From positions 168-64,167 of the forward strand of contig JAUPKF010000002.1 of the NCBI GenBank assembly GCA_030837625.1: DNA of 64,000 nt. Direction: 5' to 3'. The notes under the pieces were generated by a model. The model worked only from the letters and a program-made list of their open reading frames with translations. It did not search any database and was not told the origin of the DNA. Numbering within the stretch: the stretch's first letter is position 1; every line of letters starts with the position of its first letter. The translations under genes were made by a program, and so were the position numbers. Positions 28,502-37,937 of this stretch are shown here, in pieces. Source of the stretch: Patescibacteria group bacterium. Lineage in GTDB: Bacteria > Patescibacteriota > Minisyncoccia > Moranbacterales > UBA2206.

Positions 28502-29491
28502 TTATTTTTTTCTTCTCCTTCCGTGAAACGCTTGATGGACTTCTTTGAGCTGCTTGTTGGTAACGTGGGTGTAAATTTGGGTGGTGGTGATGGAAGAATG
28601 GCCGAGCATAGCTTGCACCGAGCGGATGTCGGCGCCATTAATCAGTAAATCCGTAGCAAAAGAATGGCGAAGCGTGTGCGGATGGACATCTTTGACAATT
28701 CCGGCTTTGGCGGCGTAATATTTGACGATTCTCTGGACGGAGCGGGGGGTTAATCTTAAACCAGCGTTATTATCCGTAGGGGTTCGATTAATCGAACCCC
28801 TACTTTTATTTTCGAATTTTGCCAGTCCTTTAACATCTCTCACAAACAAAGCCGGATCAATATCCATCCGCTTATCCAGATACGTCTCCAGCGCTTTCTT
28901 GGCACTTTCTGAAATAAAAACCACCCGAATTTTGTCGCCTTTTCCTCGCACGGAGAGTTCCCCGGATCCCAAATTCAACTTATCCCGATTGATGCTGACG
29001 AGTTCCGATACTCGCATTCCGGCCGAAAAAAGCATCTCCAGCATCGCTCGGTCGCGAAGCGACTTAAAATCAATTCCAGACGCCGCCCCGATAATCCTTT
29101 CCACTTCTTCCGGTTCCAAAAATTCAATTTCGCGCGCCGGAGATTTCCCAATCTCGACCTTTTCCGCGATCAATGTCTTAATGTCCCGCTTTGCCAGATA
29201 TTTAAGAAAGCTTCGAAGGGCTATAACGTAATAGCCCTGGGTAGCTTTTTTCAAGCCTTTTCCATTCTCATCTTTGTAGCGGCTCAGATGCAAGCGAAAG
29301 TTTCTTACCAATTCATCTGTAATTTCGGACGGCTTCGCTATTTTTGCCCAATCAAAAAACACCCGCAAATATCGACTATAATTTTCAATAGTCTTTTGCG
29401 AACGGTTCTTTTCTATTTCAAGATATTCCAGAAACTGAGTTTTTAGTCGCTCAATTCCACTTTTTTGTATCTTTTCTGTTTCATGTTTCAT
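28502..29491 (-). CDS. xerC: tyrosine site-specific recombinase (XerC/XerD-like integrase)
   Basis: catalytic region HTLRHSFATDLLINGADIRSVQAMLGHSSITTTQIYTHV; N-terminal SAM-like core-binding domain; 3' end lies 44 bp from the tRNA-Met 3' end. Confidence 0.85.
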   Translation of the reverse strand: MKHETEKIQKSGIERLKTQFLEYLEIEKNRSQKTIENYSRYLRVFFDWAKIAKPSEITDELVRNFRLHLSRYKDENGKGLKKATQGYYVIALRSFLKYLAKRDIKTLIAEKVEIGKSPAREIEFLEPEEVERIIGAASGIDFKSLRDRAMLEMLFSAGMRVSELVSINRDKLNLGSGELSVRGKGDKIRVVFISESAKKALETYLDKRMDIDPALFVRDVKGLAKFENKSRGSINRTPTDNNAGLRLTPRSVQRIVKYYAAKAGIVKDVHPHTLRHSFATDLLINGADIRSVQAMLGHSSITTTQIYTHVTNKQLKEVHQAFHGRRRKK

Positions 29492-29546
29492 GTTTTATGC
29501 TTCATGATAATGTGCGACATTCCCATTATACAGTGGATAACTTGCT

Positions 29547-29578
29547 TTGACAAAAAACCTCCTCTTGTGTATACTAAG
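29547..29578 (+). promoter_or_regulatory. sigma70-like promoter (TTGACA-17-TATACT)
   Basis: ttgacaaaaaacctcctcttgtgtatactaagc, upstream of the LysM/CHAP gene. Confidence 0.5.
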
Positions 29579-29709
29579 CGGCAGGTAAAAATTAGGGTTT
29601 TGGGCGGGCGGAATCAGCCGAAAAGCGTTTTTTTGGAGATTCCCAAGTCAAAACCAATGAAAGGTTTAACGCCATTAGTAAACTAGTTATTGCCATATCT
29701 CGAAGTTTA

Positions 29710-30861
29710 TTGGGCCGTGAAAATCTATACAGCTTTGCTGAAAAAGTTCAGCTTACCCAGAAAAATATCGTCAGTTTCATAAAAGAGCGAAGGACCGTCA
29801 AAGTCCTTCACTTGCTGAGAAATTATTCCGCTTTGATTGTCGTAATTTCCAGCGCTCTTTTGGTTTCTGCCACAAACTTAGCCGCAGGGCGGGAGTCCAG
29901 TGGTTTTTTATTTGGCTATTTTGGCTCGGGAGACAACTACGAAAACCCGCTGAAAGACAAAATGTATCTAAAAACCAGCGCCAAATCAAGTCTGGCCCTG
30001 GCCCCCCTAGCTCAAGCTAACACTAATCCCGATCCGGAAATGAACAATACTGAAGAGGCTGAAGCTCCCATATTGCAAGGGCAAGCTTTGGTGGCCGGAA
30101 CATGCCCCGTTAAAAAAGATCCTGAGGAAGAAGGGGGACTGATAATTTACGAAGTGAAAGACGGCGACACGGTAAGTGCCATCGCCGCTAACAATAATAT
30201 CACTGTCAATACAATACTCTGGGCGAACGAGTTGGACAATGTCAATTCCATTATGCCTGGCGATAAAATATTCATCTTGCCCATTTCCGGCCTTTCCTAC
30301 ACGGTCAAAAAAGGAGACACTATCGACAGCATTGCCGATAAATATAAGGCTGAAAAAGACAAAATTATCGCGTTCAACGAACTTCCTGCCAACGGAGAGC
30401 TGAAAGAAAGCCAGGAAATAGTTATCCCGGGCGGGGAAAAAGAAATTCCCGTAACTCAAAACACTCCTTCACAAAGCGGAAGTTTGGGAATCGCCCAGCG
30501 CCCTTACGAATCATTTGAATCAACCGGCAAATCCACCCTGTCCGGACGAGCCGGCGCCGGACACAGTTTCCCTTACGGGTACTGTACTTGGTACGTGGCG
30601 CAAAGGAAATATGTTCCTTGGGGAGGAAACGCCGGAACCTGGCTATATCACGCCAAAGCGGCCGGATACGCCACTGGAAAAACTCCGCGAGTCGGATCCA
30701 TTATGGTCTCCTCCGAATCTTGGTGGGGACACGTCGGCATCGTAGAAAAAGTCAGCGGCGGAAGCATCACTATTTCCGAGATGAACTACAAAGGCTGGGC
30801 CAAAAAATCCACCCGCACCCTCAGCGCCTCCAGCCGGGTGATTAAGGGATTCATTTACTAA
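29710..30861 (+). CDS. LysM-repeat + CHAP-domain peptidoglycan hydrolase
   Basis: two LysM motifs (YEVKDGDTVSAIAANNNITVNTILWANEL; YTVKKGDTIDSIADKYKAEKDKIIAFNEL); C-terminal CHAP (CTWYVAQRKYVPWGGNAGTW...GHVGIVE); TTG start in the ORF track, so the true start may be downstream. Confidence 0.8.
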   Translation: MGRENLYSFAEKVQLTQKNIVSFIKERRTVKVLHLLRNYSALIVVISSALLVSATNLAAGRESSGFLFGYFGSGDNYENPLKDKMYLKTSAKSSLALAPLAQANTNPDPEMNNTEEAEAPILQGQALVAGTCPVKKDPEEEGGLIIYEVKDGDTVSAIAANNNITVNTILWANELDNVNSIMPGDKIFILPISGLSYTVKKGDTIDSIADKYKAEKDKIIAFNELPANGELKESQEIVIPGGEKEIPVTQNTPSQSGSLGIAQRPYESFESTGKSTLSGRAGAGHSFPYGYCTWYVAQRKYVPWGGNAGTWLYHAKAAGYATGKTPRVGSIMVSSESWWGHVGIVEKVSGGSITISEMNYKGWAKKSTRTLSASSRVIKGFIY

Positions 30862-30930
30862 ATTCAACACTTCTGAATATTTAAAAAGCTTCGGTTTATA
30901 CCGGAGCTTTTTGCTTTATGAGAACCATAT

Positions 30931-31083
30931 CAAATTTCTAATTCACCTAATTTCTAATTCACCTAATAAAATTCAAAATTCATCAATACCTAATACAAAA
31001 AGTTATTTAGATTTTAACATTTTATTTTGCTATTTTGACTTTTATTAGGTGAATTAGGTAATTAGACAATTAGGTGAATTTTT
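30931..31083. repeat. about 150-bp imperfect palindromic element with 'ttcacctaatt' arms (copy 1)
   Basis: ttcacctaatttctaattcacctaataaaattc ... ttttattaggtgaattaggtaattagacaattaggtgaattt; the arms are exact reverse complements of the arms at 47028-47201. Confidence 0.75.
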
Positions 31084-33442
31084 AAACCCTCTTCAGCTTC
31101 GCGATACTCGCCGAAAGCTTCTTGAGACCAACTTTATTGAAAGCCACTGTCACAACATCTCCCTGCGACGCCACAATCATTCCCTCGCCAAAAGCTTCGT
31201 GACAAACGCGGTCACCATCTTTGAAATTGGTATTTGATATTTTGTATCCAGTGTCTAATGTTCCAAGTTTTGAATTTTGCTTGCCCGCCAAAGCGTTAGC
31301 GGCGGCGGGGTCATTGGAATTTTGATATTGTTTGGAATTTAGTGCTTGTGATTTGGAATTTGCGCTTTCGAAAAGGTGTTCGGGGACATCTTCAAGAAAG
31401 CGCGAGGGGGGATTGATTTGCGTCGATCCGTAAATATTTCTTTCCATCGTGAAAAGCAAATAAACTTTCTTTCTGGCCCGCGTAATTCCTACATACATTA
31501 GCCGCCGCTCTTCTTCCATTTGATTGGGATCAAGCATACTGCGCGAATGCGGCATAATCCCTTCTTCAAGACCCGCGATAAAAACATACTCGAATTCCAA
31601 GCCCTTGGCGCTGTGAAGTGTCATAAGATGCACCGCGTCGGACGCCTGATCGATTTTATCCGTGTCAGCTTGAAGCGCGATTTCTTCCAAAAACAAATTC
31701 AGGCCTTCCCCGCCTCGCGTCGACAAGCGATTGTCTTCGCGAGTCGAGGCGGGTTCAGCTTCGTATTCATCATATTTTTTGGCGACACTCAGAAGTTCCT
31801 GAACATTCTCATGACGCATCATTCCTTCGTCAGTTCCATCCAGCAGAAACTTTTCATACCCGGATTCAACATAAACTTTCTGGATTAGATCGGTCAGTTG
31901 CAACTTATTCTTCAACTCCGACATCCGTTTTATAAATTCACAAAACTTCGCGATTGGATCCAGTTTTGAATTTTGTATTTTGTATTTGGAATTTATTTGT
32001 AATTTGTAATTTGTAATTTGTAATTTCAAACCAAGTTCAATCGGACTTACATTTTCTTCTTTGGCGCCTTTCAGCCAATGTGCAAGAGTAACTCCCCCGA
32101 TAGAACGCCTCGGTTCATTGATTATCCTCTCCAGCGAAACCTCGTCATTAAAATTATTGATCAGCCGCAAATACGCCACCATGTCTTTTATTTCTTTCCG
32201 CTGGTAAAACTTCACCCCGCCGATTATCCGATAGGGAACGGAATTTCTAAGCATCGCTTCTTCAATAATCCGCGACTGAGCGTTAGTGCGATAGAGAACG
32301 ACAAAGCTGTTTAGGTTAATATTCTCTTTGTTTCTTAATTCATCGATCTCTGAAATTATGAACTCCGCTTCGTCCCGCTCGTTGTCCGCTTCGTATGAAG
32401 TTATCAAATGCCCGCCTTTGTTTTCGGTCCAAATTTTTTTATCTTTCCGGTTGACGTTTTTGGAAATGACGCCGTAAGCCGCGTCCAAAATCGTTTGCGT
32501 CGAACGATAATTTTGCTCCAATTTCACCACCGTCGCATCCGGATAATCTTTTTCAAAATCCAGTATATTTTGAATATCCGCCCCCCGCCAAGAATACACT
32601 CCTTGCCAATCGTCTCCACACACCCAGATATTGCGATACTTTTGCGAAAGCATTTTCACCAAAGTATATTGCGCGTGATTAGTGTCCTGGTATTCGTCCA
32701 CCATAATGTAGCGGAAAAAGTTTTGATATTTTTCCAAGATTTCCGGATAAGCTTTAAAGATTTTTACCGTCAGCATCAAGATATCGTCAAAGTCCAGCGC
32801 GTCCTGATCTTTCAATCTTTTTTGATAAGCGGTATAAATTTTTGCCACTACATCTTCCCAGTACCCACCCGCGCCTGCCGCAAATTTTTCCGCTTCAACG
32901 AGTTCGTTTTTAGCTTTGGAAATGGCGCCCAAGATCGCTTTCGGCTTGAACTGATCAATATTGATCTGCATCTCCTTCATCACTTTCTTCATCAGCGACT
33001 GCTGATCCTGATCATCGAAAATATTAAACGAGCTTTTATATCCAACCTTCTCAATCTCCCGCCTGAGAATTTTCACGCAAACCGAATGAAAAGTCCCAAT
33101 CGTCGGCAACCGATTCGAATCTACGGATGTATGCGAATCTTCGAATCTACGAATGCCCCCATCTTGTGATTCGTGAATTCGTGAATTCGGATTCATTCGT
33201 TGATTCGCATCGGATAATAATTTCATAATCCTCTCTTTCATCTCGCTCGCCGCCTTATTGGTAAACGTCACCGCCAAAATCCGCCTTGGCGAAATCTTTT
33301 TCTCCAAAATCAAATACGCCACCCGATGCGTCAGCGCCCGCGTTTTCCCCGACCCCGCCCCGGCGATAACAAGTACCGGCCCTTCCGTCGTCTCCACCGC
33401 CTGGCGTTGGGGAGGATTAAGTTTTTTGAGAATTTCACTCAT
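31082..33442 (-). CDS. uvrD: UvrD/PcrA-family ATP-dependent DNA helicase with three in-frame repeat insertions
   Basis: Walker A AGAGSGKT, motifs Ia/II (VDEYQDTN), VI (VGITRAR); start set at MSEILKK (33442); insertions: REP/MITE 33110-33214 (...HTSVDSNRL...), GAATTT repeats 31958-32032 (NYKLQINSKYKIQNSKL) and 31290-31340. Confidence 0.9.
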   Translation of the reverse strand: MSEILKKLNPPQRQAVETTEGPVLVIAGAGSGKTRALTHRVAYLILEKKISPRRILAVTFTNKAASEMKERIMKLLSDANQRMNPNSRIHESQDGGIRRFEDSHTSVDSNRLPTIGTFHSVCVKILRREIEKVGYKSSFNIFDDQDQQSLMKKVMKEMQINIDQFKPKAILGAISKAKNELVEAEKFAAGAGGYWEDVVAKIYTAYQKRLKDQDALDFDDILMLTVKIFKAYPEILEKYQNFFRYIMVDEYQDTNHAQYTLVKMLSQKYRNIWVCGDDWQGVYSWRGADIQNILDFEKDYPDATVVKLEQNYRSTQTILDAAYGVISKNVNRKDKKIWTENKGGHLITSYEADNERDEAEFIISEIDELRNKENINLNSFVVLYRTNAQSRIIEEAMLRNSVPYRIIGGVKFYQRKEIKDMVAYLRLINNFNDEVSLERIINEPRRSIGGVTLAHWLKGAKEENVSPIELGLKLQITNYKLQINSKYKIQNSKLDPIAKFCEFIKRMSELKNKLQLTDLIQKVYVESGYEKFLLDGTDEGMMRHENVQELLSVAKKYDEYEAEPASTREDNRLSTRGGEGLNLFLEEIALQADTDKIDQASDAVHLMTLHSAKGLEFEYVFIAGLEEGIMPHSRSMLDPNQMEEERRLMYVGITRARKKVYLLFTMERNIYGSTQINPPSRFLEDVPEHLFESANSKSQALNSKQYQNSNDPAAANALAGKQNSKLGTLDTGYKISNTNFKDGDRVCHEAFGEGMIVASQGDVVTVAFNKVGLKKLSASIAKLKRV
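33110..33214. mobile_element. REP/MITE (ccgattcgaatctacgaatg family) inserted in-frame inside uvrD between helicase motifs I and Ia
   Basis: ccgattcgaatctacggatgtatgcgaatcttcgaatctacgaatgcccccatcttgtgattcgtgaattcgtgaattcggattcattcgttgattcgcatcgg. Confidence 0.7.
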
Positions 33443-33460
33443 AACTAACCAATTATAGCA

Positions 33461-33500
33461 CAAAAGAAAAAAAACCCCGATTAACGCTGTCATCGGGGTG
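33461..33500 (-). terminator. rho-independent terminator (minus strand)
   Basis: ccccgatgacagcgttaatcgggg followed by ttttttttt on the minus strand. Confidence 0.6.
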
Positions 33501-33517
33501 GAACCGAGAGAAATCTT

Positions 33518-33690
33518 ACACGAATTTATCCTCACTGAGCCATTTTATAGCCCGCTCAATGAGTTTTTTCTGCCTCTCTGAAACATCTTCCCATGTATCT
33601 TCTTTCGCTGAATTCCAATACTCAGAGCTTTCATCTTCAAATAAGTATCTACCTTCATATACCGTTTCAACCTCTATCTTTATCCTCATT
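33518..33690 (-). CDS. hypothetical small protein (57 aa, MRIKIEVETVYEGRYLFEDESSEYW...)
   Basis: ORF not in the supplied track (below 60 aa), found by reading; followed by the terminator. Confidence 0.35.
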
Positions 33691-33736
33691 TTTTCTTATC
33701 CTTTTTTAAAGAGTTTGCTTGCAAACGACCAAATGG

Positions 33737-34027
33737 TTAATTTTTGTCTACGCCAGTTACTTTCCCCATGTAATCAAACATTTTTTCCTCGAGTATTTTT
33801 TCCCAAGCATCAGCTTCTCTCTGCAAATGACATAGTGCCCATTTAATTTCTCGGGTAGCACTAAGACTTTTTAGGAAATCATTTCTTGAACTCAAGTCAG
33901 CTTCTGAGTTTAGTTCGGCCTCTATCGTGATAGTTCTTTCGCCATCCGAAATCTGAACCATAACTTTTCTTATACTCACATCGCTCTCCTTTTTAATGAG
34001 CTGTTTGTTATTTGCCATACCTTTCAT
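33737..34027 (-). CDS. hypothetical protein (96 aa)
   Basis: intact ORF upstream of and co-oriented with the 57-aa ORF. Confidence 0.45.
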   Translation of the reverse strand: MKGMANNKQLIKKESDVSIRKVMVQISDGERTITIEAELNSEADLSSRNDFLKSLSATREIKWALCHLQREADAWEKILEEKMFDYMGKVTGVDKN

Positions 34028-34135
34028 TTCTCATCTTAACAACCCATTATATATCAAAATATACTTTTTGTCAATATTGATTGATGATAATAAATATGAT
34101 ATTATGAAGCCATAAATAAGCTAATATCATAAATT

Positions 34136-34903
34136 ATGTCAAATAATATTGATAAAAACAAAAAAAGCGAAATTCTGACGGACTTAAAATCACTCGGCTT
34201 AAGCGAGAAAGAAATAGAAGTATATATCGCCCTTTTGGGCTTGGGGGAAGTGGGAAGCTCAAAAATAGTTAAAAAAACCGGCCTTCACGGCCAATTCGTC
34301 TACAATGCGCTTGGTAGTTTGGAAGAAAAAGGCTTAGTTGGACATATAATCAAGCGTGGGAGAAAAAAATTCAATGCTAAAAATCCTCGTGTTTTGGAAA
34401 GACTAGCCGAGCATCAAAAAAGAATCGCTCAAAGCGTGGCGGAAAAGCTTAATCAAATAATGGTTTTACCGGCCGAACAAGAATATGAGGTTTTTCAGGG
34501 CAAAGAATCCTATATCGCGCACGAATTCGAACTTCTGGAAAAAGCGGACGAGAATAGCGAGTTGCTAATTATCGGAGGATCGGGTGATGAATTTATCGCC
34601 CATATGAAAGATGAATTTAAGAGATACGAGAAAATAAGGAGAAACAAAAAAATTCGCATAAAGTACCTCGGAAGCGAAGACCAGTTGGAATATTTAAAAG
34701 ATAACGCTAAAAGTAGGGATTTCTTTGAGTATAAAGTCCTGCCCGGGCTTTTTACTGGAATGGTCAACACTAATATTTGGCAAGGATTTATCGCATTCAA
34801 TATTTTTGGAGAACCAGTCACAAGTTTTGTAGTTTTAAATCCAATTATCGCCAGCTCCTACAAGCAATTCTTTGAAACTTTATGGCGATTAGCAAAAAAA
34901 TAG
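34136..34903 (+). CDS. TrmB-family transcriptional regulator
   Basis: HTH LGLSEKEIEVYIALLGLGEVGSSKIVKKTGLHGQFVYNALGSLEEKGLV; paralog of 9246-10010 and 35929-36672. Confidence 0.75.
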   Translation: MSNNIDKNKKSEILTDLKSLGLSEKEIEVYIALLGLGEVGSSKIVKKTGLHGQFVYNALGSLEEKGLVGHIIKRGRKKFNAKNPRVLERLAEHQKRIAQSVAEKLNQIMVLPAEQEYEVFQGKESYIAHEFELLEKADENSELLIIGGSGDEFIAHMKDEFKRYEKIRRNKKIRIKYLGSEDQLEYLKDNAKSRDFFEYKVLPGLFTGMVNTNIWQGFIAFNIFGEPVTSFVVLNPIIASSYKQFFETLWRLAKK

Positions 34904-34924
34904 GGCTTTTGCCACAAGGGTTCC

Positions 34925-34960
34925 GGCGAGTTTGCGCAGTGCGCAGCTCGCCTTTTTTTA
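34925..34960 (+). terminator. rho-independent terminator
   Basis: ggcgagtttgcgcagtgcgcagctcgcc hairpin followed by tttttttatttg. Confidence 0.65.
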
Positions 34961-35057
34961 TTTGAAAAAGAAGTTATCCACAGATAATCCTTGCGCAAAG
35001 CTGGACAAATCTTATTTAAAATGATACTATATCACTGTAATAATTTAATCCAACAAA

Positions 35058-35894
35058 ATGGAGAAAACAAAAATTGCCTTATGGCAAGGAAATGAAATCA
35101 GAAGAACAATTTTTGACAATACTTGGTGGTTCGTTGTGGAAGATATAGTATTGGCACTCATTGATTCGAATGACCCTAAACAATACATACAAAGAATGAA
35201 ACAACGAGACGAAGAATTAACCAAAGGATGGGTACAAATTGTACATACCCTTGATGTGCCAACTAAGGGCGGCAAACAAAAAATGAATTGCGCCAATGTT
35301 GAAGGCATTCTTCGTATAGTTCAATCTATCCCATCCTCCAAGGCCGAGCCATTTAAACGCTGGCTGGCGAAAGTGGGCTATGAAAGAGTGCAGGAAATTG
35401 AAAATCCAGAGCTAGCAGCTCAAAGAGCAAGAACACTTTATCGCGTCAAAGGTTATCCCGAAAGCTGGATAGAAAAAAGAATGCGTGGAATTGAAGTGCG
35501 AGAAACCCTGACCAATGAGTGGAAAAATCGCGGCGCTAAAGAGAATATCGAATTTGGAATTCTTACCAATGAAATTTTGAAAGGCGCTTTCGATATGACA
35601 GCGGGAGATTATAAAAAATTCAAAGGCCTAAAAAGAGAGAGCTTGCGCGATCATATGGACGACATCGAACTCGTCCTTACCATACTCGGCGAAGCGACCA
35701 CCACCCGACTTCATCAAGGCAGAGATTCTCGGGGATTTCAACCACTTAAAAAGGATGCGAAAGACGGCGGAGATATCGCCGGCAGAACCAGAAAGGACAT
35801 CGAGCAAAAGTTAGGCAAACCGGTAATTTCCAGAAAAAATTTCAAACATTTGAACAATAAGAATAAACTGAGAAGCGGCCGAAGTTTACAATAA
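35058..35894 (+). CDS. Bro-N domain protein (DinD / phage antirepressor-like)
   Basis: N-terminal Bro-N-like region (WWFVVEDIVLAL...); a typically phage-associated family. Confidence 0.6.
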   Translation: MEKTKIALWQGNEIRRTIFDNTWWFVVEDIVLALIDSNDPKQYIQRMKQRDEELTKGWVQIVHTLDVPTKGGKQKMNCANVEGILRIVQSIPSSKAEPFKRWLAKVGYERVQEIENPELAAQRARTLYRVKGYPESWIEKRMRGIEVRETLTNEWKNRGAKENIEFGILTNEILKGAFDMTAGDYKKFKGLKRESLRDHMDDIELVLTILGEATTTRLHQGRDSRGFQPLKKDAKDGGDIAGRTRKDIEQKLGKPVISRKNFKHLNNKNKLRSGRSLQ

Positions 35895-35928
35895 TCATTG
35901 TAAAGATCCTCAATAAAGAGCAAGCAAT

Positions 35929-36672
35929 TTAAAATACGACGCAAGAGCGGACAGTCAAATCCCAAATCACTTCAAAAAAACTTTTTTGCGTGTCGTGGAT
36001 TTTCTGGCTTTCAATAATAATCGCGATTTCTTCGTCATAGGACACCAGACCGACTTTATTATTCCCATAAATCACCATTTCAATTTCAACTTTGAACTTA
36101 TCCGACAAAACCAACTTGCTTTGAAAAAAATGCTCTTTTTCGTTTTGGGCAACACCTCGAAGTTCCGGATTATCCTGAAAAAGAATTCTCGCCCAGATCT
36201 TTTTCTCTTTTCTTTTGGGAATGAAGTATTCCGTGAAGTAATTACCATAATTCCAAAATTTTTCATTGAACGTGCCTAACATTTCGTTGTCCGGATATTT
36301 CAAAACATCGCCAAAAACATCCTTGTAGGATTCTTTTCCTTCGAAATAACGAATTTTGGGCTTTTTGTCGATGAGATTGTTAAAAGCCAGAAGCTCCGGC
36401 AGAATTTTGTCGAGAGCTCTTTTCTTGTTTTCGAGCATTTCCGCGAGCTTTTTAGGGTTCTCGGCATAGCAAATAATGACGTTATTGCGATGATATTCAC
36501 TCATTAAGCCTTTTTCTTTCAAGTTTTCCACCGCCAAATACGTCGTCGTCCTTTTTACGCCAGATTTCTTAGCCAGGCGATAGACGCTAGTTTCCCCCAA
36601 TTCCAACGCCGCCATATATACTTTAGCCTCGTTTTCGCTTAATCCAGCATTTTTTAGTTCATCAATATGCAT
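35929..36672 (-). CDS. TrmB-family transcriptional regulator
   Basis: HTH AGLSENEAKVYMAALELGETSVYRLAKKSGVKRTTTYLAVENLKEKGLM. Confidence 0.75.
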   Translation of the reverse strand: MHIDELKNAGLSENEAKVYMAALELGETSVYRLAKKSGVKRTTTYLAVENLKEKGLMSEYHRNNVIICYAENPKKLAEMLENKKRALDKILPELLAFNNLIDKKPKIRYFEGKESYKDVFGDVLKYPDNEMLGTFNEKFWNYGNYFTEYFIPKRKEKKIWARILFQDNPELRGVAQNEKEHFFQSKLVLSDKFKVEIEMVIYGNNKVGLVSYDEEIAIIIESQKIHDTQKSFFEVIWDLTVRSCVVF

Positions 36673-36897
36673 GATTTCGATACTTTAGAGTTACTGTCAT
36701 CAATTATGACGACACTACGATTGTAACATATAATATAAAAAATGCAATGTTAAAGCCACTAATATTATACTTGCCATGTTCGTACTCTCTTGATTAGTCT
36801 CTCTGTATGGACTAATAGCCGAAATAATGTTATACTACGCAGTCAAGCTGGAGAAGGGCTTCAGTAAGACAAGAACCTTAAAAAATGGAGACGGAAA

Positions 36898-37224
36898 ATG
36901 AAGAAGAAAAAAGCATCGATAGAAGAAATTATCGCCGTAATCAAGAAGATTAGGGACGACTACGAAATTGGAGAACGGGTCTGTGAAAAGGTGCTTGAAA
37001 AATATAAGAGTGGCGAGTTAACGTATTACTACGAAACTGAAGAAATGGACCTCTACTACCTTAGGATACAAATAGAAGCGAATATCGAAAAAACCTTACG
37101 GGATTCTTGGCTACCAAGCATATGTTACGGGCCACGTGCGGGGAATAGTGGCATCTTTGTTGAGTTATCGCCCCAGAATACTTTAAAACCATACTTTTGG
37201 AGAGTTAAACGACGAGGAAGATGA
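36898..37224 (+). CDS. hypothetical protein (108 aa)
   Basis: GGAG RBS; its stop overlaps the start of the next gene (atga), indicating an operon. Confidence 0.5.
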   Translation: MKKKKASIEEIIAVIKKIRDDYEIGERVCEKVLEKYKSGELTYYYETEEMDLYYLRIQIEANIEKTLRDSWLPSICYGPRAGNSGIFVELSPQNTLKPYFWRVKRRGR

Positions 37225-37874
37225 GAAGTTTTCAGAAGAAAGGAGGTGACAGTTCTTTTACCACAAGGGTTTTGGCGGGCATGTGCAAAGCATACACATC
37301 GCTCGCCTTTTTTATTATTCAAAAATTATGGTATAATAAGCAAATGCGAAAAGAAAAACAAAATTTAGAAGAAGTTGTTATTGATCCAGGAACAAGGGCC
37401 AAGTTTTTGGCAGGAATACTTGATAAGCAAACCAAATTGCTCCAACATTTAGATTCTCAAACAAATATCTTAATCGGCATCAGCTCGGCTATGTTTGCAT
37501 TCATGACTGCCGGATTTCGTCTTAACAACTTGTCCTGGCCGCAAATCATCCTTGGATTCTTCTCGGCATTAACAGCTCTATTAGGTTTGTATGCGATACA
37601 TCCTCCAAGATTCATGAGGAAAAAGGGTCAAAAAGAAAGCGTCATGTATAGCGGTAAGATATCTGATTTTTCTTCTCCTTCTATTTACAAGAAAGAGCTG
37701 GGAAACATTGTATCTGATCAAAATAAAATGCTCGAGCAATATTCGATAGAAATATACAACGTGGCTAAATATTATTATGACCCCAAACGCAAAATTTTCA
37801 AAATTGCCCGCAACATTCTTTTGATTGGGTTTTTTATAAGTATAATACTTTTTTTGGCGCCTCTATTTTCCTAA
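37221..37874 (+). CDS. hypothetical membrane protein (2 central TMs + C-terminal TM)
   Basis: translationally coupled to 36898-37224; TMs ILIGISSAMFAFMTAGF, IILGFFSALTALLGLYAI, ILLIGFFISIILFLAPLF. Confidence 0.5.
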   Translation: MRSFQKKGGDSSFTTRVLAGMCKAYTSLAFFIIQKLWYNKQMRKEKQNLEEVVIDPGTRAKFLAGILDKQTKLLQHLDSQTNILIGISSAMFAFMTAGFRLNNLSWPQIILGFFSALTALLGLYAIHPPRFMRKKGQKESVMYSGKISDFSSPSIYKKELGNIVSDQNKMLEQYSIEIYNVAKYYYDPKRKIFKIARNILLIGFFISIILFLAPLFS

Positions 37875-37937
37875 ACATAAACAGCCAACAATCTTTTATA
37901 TCCAGAAAATAACGAGTACAACTCGTTTTTTGTTTGC

